From: Candidatus Saccharimonadota bacterium
Lineage (GTDB): Bacteria > Patescibacteriota > Saccharimonadia > Saccharimonadales > Saccharimonadaceae
Length of the DNA stretch: 32,000 nucleotides
Assembly (NCBI GenBank): GCA_023898645.1
Contig: CP060232.1
Span: 90,001-122,000, forward strand
Direction: 5' to 3'
Positions 12,823 through 22,608 of this stretch are shown here, piece after piece. Position 1 is the first letter of the stretch; each line of letters starts with the position of its first letter. Under the pieces are notes generated by a model. It ran no database searches and was not told the DNA's origin. It worked only from the letters and a program-made list of their open reading frames with translations. A program made the position numbers and the translations under genes.

Positions 12823-14359
12823 TGTTGGTCGCGTTGAGTCTGTGCGCAGTGAGACGTGTGTCGTCAGTGGGCTAAATGGCGTAGGGCTGAGCAATGTCGT
12901 GACGTTTTCATCGGGGGCCACGGGTATTGTATTGGGGTTTGAGCACCAAACAGCACAAGTAGTAATGCTTGAAGCTTATGAGAAGGTCAAAAAGGGTGAT
13001 TTGGTACGTATAATTTCTCAGTACCCCGTGATTACCGTAGGCCAAAAATTACTCGGGCGGGTAATTGACCCTCTAGGACGACCTCTTGATGGACATGGTG
13101 ACATCGATACACTGGGTGCTGTGGTGCTACCGGTTGAAATTCCTGCGCGCCCCATCTTCCAGCGCGCAATCGTCGACAAACCCCTTCAGACTGGGTATAC
13201 GCTCGTTGACTCGCAAATACCGATTGGTCTTGGTCAGCGTGAGCTTTTGGTAGGTGAAAGCAAATCCGGGCAAGTCGATGTGGCAATAGACATCATATGT
13301 AATCAGGCTCGCCTTAAAACAGATCTTATCTGCGTATATGTTGCGATAGATGCGGAAGTGGCAGTAACGAAGCGTAACGTAGAACGACTTGAACAGACTG
13401 GGGCGTTAAAACAGACGGTGGTGTTGTTTGGTCGTACTGCATCTGCGGCATCACTTAACTACATCACCCCCATGGTAGGCATGTCGATTGCTGAATGGTT
13501 CATGACGCAAGGAAAAAACGTTCTGATTGTGTTTGACGACATGTCTCGACACGCAAAGGTATATCGACAGCTCTCTTTACTGTTGAACAGGCCTGCAAGC
13601 CGCGAGGCGTATCCAGGAGACATCTTTTATCTGCACTCTCGTTTGCTTGAACGATGCGGAGCGTTTAATGAGCATGCAGGCGGAGGGACGATTACCGCGT
13701 TACCTATCGTTGAAACATCAACAGAAGAAGTAACCGACTATATCACCACTAACCTTATGTCGATAACCGACGGTCACGTGCTGTTCCGACGAGCACTGGC
13801 AAACAAGGGCTTGCGCCCACCAATAGACAGTGGATTCTCTGTTTCGCGTATTGGTGGTCGTGTCCAATCGAAACTTATTCGGGAATTGTCCGATCAGCTA
13901 AAGGACATACTAGTACGATTTGGCGAGATTGAAAGATTCATTGCCTTTGGTACTGACCTCAATAGTGATTCGCTTGAGTTGTACAATTTGGGGTTACGCG
14001 CCAGGGCATTATTTGATCAGACTTCGGATGATTACTTTACGCCTCTACAGCAGGCACTACTGCTTTACTTTGTAACAAGCAAAAAGGTTTTGGAGTGGGA
14101 CCATCATCAGATGAGGCCGCTACGTACTCAGTTGCTAAAGTTTATGGTAATGCCACCATATGACAGGATGCTGACACCAAATATGCTACAGACATTTGAC
14201 AAGAGCGTGACCGATACTTTTGATGAATGTTTTAAAGATTTCATGAAGAACCCCGCAACACCTAAGCCTGCCGAAAAAGCACAGCGCCTTGTGGCTGAGA
14301 CCGAAACAATCAGTGGTATATTGCGTGAAAACGAGGATATGTTCCATGACAAAAATTGA
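12812..14359 (+). CDS. atpA: F-type ATP synthase subunit alpha, with degenerate P-loop
   Basis: 'LLGRVIDPLGRPLDGHG', 'PLQTGYTLVDSQIPIGLGQRELLVG', 'LIVFDDMSRHAKVYRQLSLLLNRPASREAYPGDIFYLHSRLLER', 'ITALPIVETSTEEVTDYITTNLMSITDGHV'. The P-loop reads GESKSGQV rather than GDRQTGKT. Start taken at ATG 12812 (MNPSVGRVESV...); the in-frame ATG at 12779 is an alternative. Confidence 0.9.
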   Translation: MNPSVGRVESVRSETCVVSGLNGVGLSNVVTFSSGATGIVLGFEHQTAQVVMLEAYEKVKKGDLVRIISQYPVITVGQKLLGRVIDPLGRPLDGHGDIDTLGAVVLPVEIPARPIFQRAIVDKPLQTGYTLVDSQIPIGLGQRELLVGESKSGQVDVAIDIICNQARLKTDLICVYVAIDAEVAVTKRNVERLEQTGALKQTVVLFGRTASAASLNYITPMVGMSIAEWFMTQGKNVLIVFDDMSRHAKVYRQLSLLLNRPASREAYPGDIFYLHSRLLERCGAFNEHAGGGTITALPIVETSTEEVTDYITTNLMSITDGHVLFRRALANKGLRPPIDSGFSVSRIGGRVQSKLIRELSDQLKDILVRFGEIERFIAFGTDLNSDSLELYNLGLRARALFDQTSDDYFTPLQQALLLYFVTSKKVLEWDHHQMRPLRTQLLKFMVMPPYDRMLTPNMLQTFDKSVTDTFDECFKDFMKNPATPKPAEKAQRLVAETETISGILRENEDMFHDKN

Positions 14360-15125
14360 TGGTCTACAACAAGAAATTCGTACGATGAAAGAGCTTGAGG
14401 ACCTTACAAATATGCTTGAGCAAACTGCAGCCCGTAACATTGCCGTAATGCGCACGGAAATTCTAGAAAGCCGACCGTTTTTTCAAGAATTTTGGCGCAT
14501 TTATGCAGTAATGAAACAGTTGACGCCGCCACCGCCTGAGGTAATTCATAGACAACTAGTGGTCGCCATCGGTATAGATTGGGGGATGCCAGGTAATTTG
14601 CTCCATCGAGTACTGGATGTTGCCGAGCAAACGTTTGAAGAGCACGGTGCGGATCTGATGTTGATTGGTAAAATGACCCATGCGCGGTTCAGGACTAATA
14701 CCGATCGTACGGTTCATACATTTTCGGCTCCTAAAAAATCATCACTTCGCGATATTGAACCTATCTATGCTCTTATTTCAAAATATGCACACACAACTTT
14801 CGTTTATCCACGTTTTGAAAGCCTCTCCAAACAAGTCGTCGAAACTAACTTCATAACAATAGGCGAAACCGCTGAGGAGCATAAAGCGAATGCGCAAAAT
14901 CGAGCAAAGGACGAAGTGGCGGCGAAGCGTTTTATCATTGAACCGAACCCTCAGGAAATTGCCAATTATATGAACCAGACTGTCGTTGGATTGTCGCTAT
15001 ACCACTATATTGCAGAGTCTATGCTTGCATACAGCGCCGCTCAAATGGTGGCAATGCGAGACTCGTACGATAACGCAAAAAACGAGTCAAAGGCATTGAG
15101 GTTAAAGTACCACAAGGCTCGTCGT

Positions 15126-16894
<1,769 letters not shown>

Positions 16895-16971
16895 TAGGCC
16901 GTCATCTCAGAGTGAGTTCCGTACTTGACACGGGCGATGTTTTTTCGAAAAATAAGACGAGTAAGAAATAT

Positions 16972-17505
16972 ATGTCATTGATTACATTTAAAGCAAAATT
17001 ATACAAGATTGGTCAGTGGACACTTCTTCGGTTGCCTGAGGATGCTAGCACTCAGCTGCCATCGCGTGGGCAAGTTGCGGTGAAGGGGAAGATCAATAAT
17101 CATGACTTTCGAGCGGTCCTAGAGCCAGACGGCAGATGGGGGCATTGGCTCAAGGTGGATGTGCAGTTGCAAAAAACTGCTGGACTGAAGGTGGGTGATG
17201 AAGCAACACTAGAGATTGAAGCGACGAAAGACTGGCCAGAACCCGTAGTGCCACAAGATTTCGCTACAGCTCTGAGCGCTGCTCCGCAAAAAGTCATAGA
17301 CAAATGGAAAGACATTACGCCAATGGCTCGTTGGGAGTGGATACGTTGGGTGAATGAAACAAAAAATCCAGATACACGCGTGATACGTATTGAGAAGTCC
17401 GTATCAAAATTAAACGGCAAGCATCGACGACCTTGTTGTTTCAACCTTGCCGCATGTACTGATCCGGACTTGTCGAAAAGTGGCCGACTTATTGAGTTGG
17501 CGTAG
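16972..17505 (+). CDS. DUF1905 / YdeI (OmpD-associated, 'bacteriocin-protection') family protein
   Basis: 'ITFKAKLYKIGQWTLLRLPEDASTQLPSRGQVAVKGKINNHDFRAVLEPDG' is DUF1905-like. 'MARWEWIRWVNETKNPDTRVIRIEKSVSKL' is YdeI-like. Start taken at ATG 16972; GTG 16912 is an alternative. Confidence 0.7.
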   Translation: MSLITFKAKLYKIGQWTLLRLPEDASTQLPSRGQVAVKGKINNHDFRAVLEPDGRWGHWLKVDVQLQKTAGLKVGDEATLEIEATKDWPEPVVPQDFATALSAAPQKVIDKWKDITPMARWEWIRWVNETKNPDTRVIRIEKSVSKLNGKHRRPCCFNLAACTDPDLSKSGRLIELA

Positions 17506-17514
17506 ATTAACGAG

Positions 17515-18327
17515 CTATTTGCCGAGTAATGACTGCATTTGCTTTGCGATGAATTTCGTCGCGAAGACTGGATTCAATCGATAGAGCCTGTTCATCATAT
17601 TGGAATCTTTGCCGGTGAAGATTTGTGGTTTGTTTTTTTCGATGCCACTAACGATGATGCCGGCTGCTTTGTCGGCTGGTAGCATCATGGCAGCTTGTTT
17701 TTTCACGTCAGATACCTTTACGTCGGGCATTTTAACACCGGAATTTTGCGTGATTTTTGTGTCAGTTGCGCCGGGGTACACGACGGTAACATGGACATTT
17801 GTGTCTAGCAGTTCGGCGTAAAGACCTTCGGTAAGTAGTTTCACCGCAGCCTTTGATGCGCCGTAGACACTCTGGCCAGGTACGGGCAAAAAGCCCCCCA
17901 TGCTCGACACGTTGATGACATGTGCTTCGGGTCTTTTGAGTAAGTGGGGAAGAAAAGCTTTTGTCATGTAAAGTGTGCCAAAAAAGTTGACGTTCATGAC
18001 GCGTTCGATGGCGTCATATTCAAGATCATTTACTTTGACGAACGGTTGTATGATGCCTGCGCAGTTGACGATGCCGTCAACCTGGCCCTGTGCCTTAATG
18101 ACTTCCTCGGGTAGTTCAGACACGGCGTTGCGATCAGTGATATCGATTGCGTGTGTAGTCAGGCTACTGCCAGCGTCGCTGTTTTTTTCGCGGAGTTTTT
18201 GCAAGCCTTCTTCGCGCAAATCGACCGCTGCAACTTTGGCGCCTCGTGCAAGTAAAGCAGAAACCAGCTCGCCACCGATACCGCCGCCAGCACCAGTTAC
18301 TAGGAATACCTTGTCGTATACTTTCAT
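17515..18327 (-). CDS. Short-chain dehydrogenase/reductase (classical SDR)
   Basis: 'VFLVTGAGGGIGGEL' (TGxxxGxG), 'NCAGI', 'NVSSMGG', 'YGASKAAVK' (YxxxK). Start taken at ATG 18327 (MKVYDKVFLVTGAG). The upstream in-frame ATG 18366 overlaps a TGCTACAAT -10 element and is less likely. Confidence 0.9.
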   Translation of the reverse strand: MKVYDKVFLVTGAGGGIGGELVSALLARGAKVAAVDLREEGLQKLREKNSDAGSSLTTHAIDITDRNAVSELPEEVIKAQGQVDGIVNCAGIIQPFVKVNDLEYDAIERVMNVNFFGTLYMTKAFLPHLLKRPEAHVINVSSMGGFLPVPGQSVYGASKAAVKLLTEGLYAELLDTNVHVTVVYPGATDTKITQNSGVKMPDVKVSDVKKQAAMMLPADKAAGIIVSGIEKNKPQIFTGKDSNMMNRLYRLNPVFATKFIAKQMQSLLGK

Positions 18328-18364
18328 GGTTACTTTCTTTTTTGTTTTAGCGATTATTTTCCCC

Positions 18365-18373
18365 ATTGTAGCA
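18365..18373 (-). promoter_or_regulatory. Extended -10 element TGCTACAAT, candidate SDR promoter
   Basis: The minus strand reads CATGCTACAATG. This is the same 9-mer found upstream of the MMPL gene, and lies ~38 nt upstream of ATG 18327. Confidence 0.35.
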
Positions 18374-18463
18374 TGAGCGTAGTAAAGAGCGGTGCGGCTT
18401 GCGCAAATGCTTTAAGGGGAGTATGGTTACTTCAACGCGCACGCTTACTTCACGGGAGGAAAC

Positions 18464-19279
18464 ATGGAACAATCTCACGATTACAACTCGGAATTACCAT
18501 CACTAGTACTTGGTGGTGGAGGTCCCTTTGGCATTGCATTTGAATACGGCATATATGAGTCGCTGCAGGGCGCGGGAATTGATTTGGCGGATGCACAAAT
18601 GCTTGGTACATCAGCCGGTTCGTGGGTAGCAAGTTTCATCGCAACGGGTAGAGACTACTCTGACGTGGCTGACATACCGCAGATCAAAGTACCGAATTGG
18701 CAGCCGGGATTTTTGCAAGGTATTGCACGGGAAGTACTTGGCAACGACAGGGCGAGTAATGTTCGGACTATGGCATACAGACTTCCTTCAAGGGAGCATC
18801 CAATACCAGGGCCGCAAAAACTGAGGGGAATTGATCTGGCGGACATGGTTGCAGCTTCTTCGGCCGTGCCGGGCCTGTTTCGCCCTGTGCGAATCGGGAA
18901 CGAGTCTTACGTAGACGGCGGTGTTCGCTCGATTGTCTCTGCCGACGTAGCACCGAAATCACATAGAGTATTAGCCATTGCCGCCCTAGGCCAGCATTTA
19001 AAGCAACCAATTGGTCAGCACAAATTGGCAGTTGGGCCAGCGTTGGAATGGCAACTGCGACGTGAACTGAACAGCTGGAAGCAACGACATGGAGGCGAGG
19101 TGGCATATATACAGCCCAACGAAAAGATTGCCGGCATGGTTGAAGGTCCCGGCGATTTGTTTAATTTCGACATTGCACATAGGGTATACGACATGGCGCG
19201 AGAGCAGGGCGAAGAGGTTGTTGAGAGGTGGCGCGACATGGGTACTCTGGCATTATGGCTGACACGCCAGCCCATATAA
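18464..19279 (+). CDS. Patatin-like phospholipase
   Basis: Oxyanion 'LGGGGPFG', nucleophile elbow 'GTSAGS' (GxSxG), catalytic Asp motif 'YVDGGV'. RBS GGGAGGA lies 4-5 nt upstream of the ATG. Confidence 0.85.
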   Translation: MEQSHDYNSELPSLVLGGGGPFGIAFEYGIYESLQGAGIDLADAQMLGTSAGSWVASFIATGRDYSDVADIPQIKVPNWQPGFLQGIAREVLGNDRASNVRTMAYRLPSREHPIPGPQKLRGIDLADMVAASSAVPGLFRPVRIGNESYVDGGVRSIVSADVAPKSHRVLAIAALGQHLKQPIGQHKLAVGPALEWQLRRELNSWKQRHGGEVAYIQPNEKIAGMVEGPGDLFNFDIAHRVYDMAREQGEEVVERWRDMGTLALWLTRQPI

Positions 19280-19395
19280 AGAATCTTGCATTTTTTACAG
19301 CACTTGTTTGACGGTTTTTCCGCTACACTGAATGTATTATCACCAAAAACTAAAACGTTAGACAAAGCGTTTACCTATTGAAAGGCTGATTTGAC

Positions 19396-20409
19396 ATGGA
19401 CCAAGACATATTGGCGCCCGAACAGGCAGAGAAAGACAACTACAAAGAAACCGACGTGTTTGCCTGGGCAAACAACATGCTGCAATACAAAGAAGATCTC
19501 AAGATTGATCTGTTTTTGATTAGCAAAAGCTACATACCGTTTAGGATTAAATTAGCCGACAGTTTACGGCAGCAATTAGAGCCACTCTTTATCGACGGGT
19601 TGTTGGAATATTTGTTTGAAGGTGCCGAGGAGGGTATGACAGTGCGTGGGTTTGAAGAAGCTGAGGCTGAGGCTGGTGTATTGCAGCGCACGCAGGTATA
19701 CAAAGTCGTGCACGCACGCGAAACGCTTCGCTGGATTAAGACGCAGGAACATGAGATCGAGACGTTCAACGACGACGAGCATGATTTCGGTCGCATGAAA
19801 GGCATGATCGCGCGGGTGAGCCACCCTGATATGAAACACGAAGTTTTCGTCGTAAAGGTGCTGCCACGCTCCAACGTCATGCAAGGCAAAGCAGGCTGGA
19901 TGGTCAAGAGCGGCAAGTTTGTACCGTTCGACGCCGAAGCCGCCGTGCGCATACCAGCCGACAATCAGCTGCTTATTATCGACCAAGATATGTACGTGTT
20001 TAGTCAGGCGCGCCTGAAGCAGATGTTTAGCTACGACGCCAAGGAAGCAATCATTGCCGAGAAAAAGGTCAAAGAAGTCAACGCTAACTTCCGACTGAGC
20101 TTCCCAGAGGGTCAGAATATGCAGACGCTGATTGAGGGCAAGCGAAGTATCATCAAAAAGCTACAAAAACTTGATACGACGGCCGTTAAGCAGGAGCAAC
20201 TACTAGAGCACGCCGAGGACTTGGGCATCGAAATGATGCAAGACGACACCGGCGCGATTATCATCATGGACGACAAAGATATGGGCAAGTTCGTCAATCT
20301 ACTCAATGACGACTATATGGAATCAGCACTGACGGGTCAGCGCTACGAGATCATCCAGAAAAAACTTCTGAAGATTGATGAAGATGACGCTGAGCCGGTC
20401 GCGCCCTAA
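19396..20409 (+). CDS. Hypothetical protein; resembles the DUF4868 (KwaB, Kiwa defence) family by pattern only
   Basis: 337 aa, soluble. 'IDLFLISKSYIPFRIKL', 'HEVFVVKVLPRSNVM', 'LLIIDQDMYVFSQARLKQMFSYD' and 'FVNLLNDDYMESALTGQRYE' recall the DUF4868 layout. No profile search was run. Confidence 0.4.
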   Translation: MDQDILAPEQAEKDNYKETDVFAWANNMLQYKEDLKIDLFLISKSYIPFRIKLADSLRQQLEPLFIDGLLEYLFEGAEEGMTVRGFEEAEAEAGVLQRTQVYKVVHARETLRWIKTQEHEIETFNDDEHDFGRMKGMIARVSHPDMKHEVFVVKVLPRSNVMQGKAGWMVKSGKFVPFDAEAAVRIPADNQLLIIDQDMYVFSQARLKQMFSYDAKEAIIAEKKVKEVNANFRLSFPEGQNMQTLIEGKRSIIKKLQKLDTTAVKQEQLLEHAEDLGIEMMQDDTGAIIIMDDKDMGKFVNLLNDDYMESALTGQRYEIIQKKLLKIDEDDAEPVAP

Positions 20410-20477
20410 TATCAGCTAGCTTTTCTAAAATCTGCTATATTTGTATTGGAAAATACTTATGTTTAGGTGGATTTAAA

Positions 20478-20504
20478 ATGAGGCGCGTGGAATATGAAAA
20501 CTGA
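20478..20504 (+). CDS. Candidate 8-codon mini-ORF MRRVEYEN* (leader peptide, uORF or small precursor peptide)
   Basis: AGGTGG (20465-20470) lies 7 nt upstream of ATG 20478, the best SD in this intergenic region. The ORF ends in Asn-TGA and overlaps ATG 20494 of the next gene by 11 nt in another frame. It is too short to call statistically. Confidence 0.3.
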   Translation: MRRVEYEN

Positions 20505-21375
20505 CGGAATAGAGTCCAGGTTTGATTCCCATGAGCCTCCACGAACTGATAAGTATGACTATAGCTACTTTACCCCAGAGGAAAATCCTGACGGAGAGTT
20601 GCTTGCCAAGCAGATTCAAGCACAGAGTTACGTCAACATGCGGATTGTTCGCCCCGAAGGGTTAATTACGCTTGCGAATGGTGCGCAGATTATGGCCCCT
20701 TCCGCATCTAATCCATCGGGAGTTCCGTATGTCCCGATTGTCGGTAGTCGGGCTGAATATGCTCTTGGAATAGAAAAAGGAACGACCGATCTCAACCCGA
20801 TGACCGGCCGGCTAGTCGCTTGGAAAAAGCTCTATGCACCTTTAGACGCATTGCCGGCGTATCAATTCAGCAAAGACGTTCTTTGGTCAGAGGGAGAGCA
20901 GTACCTGCGGAGTGTCGAGGCGGATCCAGGCTGTGTTTTAGTAGAACCAGAAGCGCTCGGCAAGACAATAAACGCTGGTCGTGCAGTGGTTAAAGAGTTT
21001 ATACGAGCTGAGATACAGCGAGTATTGGGTAGGGGCGAAGTGTGGTTTATGGGACTTGTCGAAGCGACAGCATTTGAATCTTTTGTCCACAACTGGGGAC
21101 AGACCGCCGTAAAGCAAATTGGCCCGTCGAAACAAACGTTTCATCCACAGATGTGTAGCGGCATTGCGTTGGTGCCGACTGTTATGAATATCGACAGTTT
21201 TTACGATGACATGGCTTACGATATTTTGACACCAGGAAATAAATTTGCCGAACGACAATTAACTAACTTTGTCTACATGTCTGACGGTGTCAGTGACACC
21301 ACACTAGGGTCTGAGCTTGCTGAATTTCGAGTTTGGGCATGCAATTTAGCGAGAGCTATGGGAGGTACTTTGTGA
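20494..21375 (+). CDS. GNAT-fold acyltransferase-like protein of the LuxI / FeeM N-acyl amino acid synthase type (pattern-level call)
   Basis: The layout parallels autoinducer-synthase-like GNATs: N-terminal 'LLAKQIQAQSYVNMRIV', a middle 'GRLVAWKKLYAPLDALPAY', 'VLVEPEALGK', then 'EVWFMGLVEATAFESFVHNWGQTAVKQIGPSK...PTVMNIDSF'. CDS call ~0.8; the value given is for the functional call. Confidence 0.45.
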   Translation: MKTDGIESRFDSHEPPRTDKYDYSYFTPEENPDGELLAKQIQAQSYVNMRIVRPEGLITLANGAQIMAPSASNPSGVPYVPIVGSRAEYALGIEKGTTDLNPMTGRLVAWKKLYAPLDALPAYQFSKDVLWSEGEQYLRSVEADPGCVLVEPEALGKTINAGRAVVKEFIRAEIQRVLGRGEVWFMGLVEATAFESFVHNWGQTAVKQIGPSKQTFHPQMCSGIALVPTVMNIDSFYDDMAYDILTPGNKFAERQLTNFVYMSDGVSDTTLGSELAEFRVWACNLARAMGGTL

Positions 21376-22487
21376 ATTATCATGGCGATTCACTAGAGTA
21401 CTGGATGAAGCGTGAAGTAGTAGAGGCGCCGGAGTGGTCAGAACCTGAGTGTTATGATCCAAATAATGTGAGTGACAGGCGGGGTATGTACAGTCGTGTC
21501 GTCATGGGCGGCGCAAAAGTCCAGCGGAAGGTTGCTGCAATCGCCGAAGATCTCTTTGAGATGAAGCATCCTGACCAGAAAAACAATCAGACCGCACGCG
21601 AGCGCTTCGTCGAGCCGATTTCAGCCGAGGGCGATCGTTATGGTAAATGGTACTATTTTCCCTGGTCAAACCAGCTTGTGCAGTATCCCGACAGGGAGGA
21701 ACATCGTTTACTTTTAACGTTTCGCAACCGAGAACTGATTACTGCGGATGAACTGCGTAAGATTGGTTCCGCGACAACGGCGCATATAGGATTAAGTGTC
21801 GGATCGCACATACTTGAACAGACGTCTCATATGGCGCTAGGGGATAAAGTTATTTTAGCCGATCCAGATGTTATGTCTGTGCCAAATCTGAACCGAATTA
21901 ATGCCGGTATGCCAGAAGTGGGTATGCGCAAGACAGATGTTGCGGGTATTCGCTTGAGCGAGCTGAATCCATACGTTAAACAGGTACATCTTTTTGATGG
22001 CATAACGTCACAAAATGCTGAAGTAGTTGCCCGACATCACCCCGATTTGATATTTGAAGAAGTCGATCACATGCCAACGAAGATACTGATGCGTAAACTT
22101 GCGTATCGAGTGGGTGCTGCCTTGATTATGGCTACCGATACGGGTGACCTTACCATGATCGACGTGGAGCGGTATGATTTAGGTGATGTTAAGCCGTTTT
22201 TGGGTAGACTGACAACAAACGAGATGATGATGATCGAGGAAGCGAACCCGTCACCAGAGCAGACGGTGCGTCTGATTATAAAACTGATTGGTCTAGAGAA
22301 TATATCTATGCGCCTTGCACAGTCATTGGGGCAGATCGGCATCACACTAGGAGGGATAGCGCAGTTGGGTACGACGGCGTCGACTGGCGCCGCCTATGCA
22401 GCCGTTGCTGGTCGTGAAATATTACTCAAGAGAGGACCTACAACTGGCCGCTACAAGGTGTCTCCGCAAGAAGTGCTGCATCTGTGA
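21372..22487 (+). CDS. E1/ThiF-family adenylyltransferase with a ~130-aa N-terminal extension (MoeY/Rv1355c-like architecture)
   Basis: 'AHIGLSVGSHILEQ' (variant GxGxxG), 'VILADPDVMSVPNLNRINAG' (the D.D..sNLNRq signature of ThiF/MoeB/E1), 'VGMRKTDVAGIRLSELNPYV'. 'WYYFPWSNQLVQYPDREEHRLLLTFRNRELIT' precedes the Rossmann fold. GTG 21372 follows GGAGG (21361-21365) and forms a GTGA overlap with the upstream stop. ATG 21333 is an alternative. Confidence 0.8.
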   Translation: MNYHGDSLEYWMKREVVEAPEWSEPECYDPNNVSDRRGMYSRVVMGGAKVQRKVAAIAEDLFEMKHPDQKNNQTARERFVEPISAEGDRYGKWYYFPWSNQLVQYPDREEHRLLLTFRNRELITADELRKIGSATTAHIGLSVGSHILEQTSHMALGDKVILADPDVMSVPNLNRINAGMPEVGMRKTDVAGIRLSELNPYVKQVHLFDGITSQNAEVVARHHPDLIFEEVDHMPTKILMRKLAYRVGAALIMATDTGDLTMIDVERYDLGDVKPFLGRLTTNEMMMIEEANPSPEQTVRLIIKLIGLENISMRLAQSLGQIGITLGGIAQLGTTASTGAAYAAVAGREILLKRGPTTGRYKVSPQEVLHL

Positions 22488-22503
22488 AATAGTAGAGTTT
22501 CGT

Positions 22504-22532
22504 AAGCGCTATCAATAGCGCTTGCTTTTTTT
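22504..22532 (+). terminator. Rho-independent terminator
   Basis: AAGCGCTAT-CA-ATAGCGCTT is a perfect inverted repeat (effective 8-bp stem, 4-nt loop). It is followed by GC and T7, 17 nt after the E1-like stop. Confidence 0.75.
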
Positions 22533-22608
22533 ATAGTTTTATGATAATATAATACAAATAATTAATCGAGAGACTCTTAGAAGTAAGAGGAGAGGAAACA
22601 ATTTCTAG

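Noticed and set aside
14289-14345. Upstream start for gamma at 14289, and the 12779 start for alpha
   Set aside because: 14289 lies 70 nt inside atpA, and the added residues (MWLRPKQSVVYCVKTRICS) do not resemble gamma. ATG 14346 gives the canonical gamma N-terminal helix. For alpha, 12779 remains possible but adds a 44-nt overlap, so 12812 is preferred without certainty.
16895-16971. Terminator after atpC
   Set aside because: Only weak, interrupted complementarity (GCCGT...ACGGGC) lies ahead of a T6 run. The stem is too poor to call.
20740-20800. 'GSRAEYALGIEKGTTDLN' read as a nucleotidyltransferase/CD-NTase G[GS]...DxD motif (a CBASS-like reading alongside the patatin and E1-like genes)
   Set aside because: The spacing is off and the second acidic residue is Asn. 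The rest of the protein follows a GNAT/LuxI-like layout rather than a Pol-beta NTase fold.
21352-21375. C-terminal '...AMGGTL*' of the 293-aa protein as a ubiquitin-like di-Gly tail for the downstream E1-like enzyme
   Set aside because: The protein is far larger than a beta-grasp Ubl and looks GNAT-like. A GG near the end is weak evidence, and no E2 or JAB partner is present.
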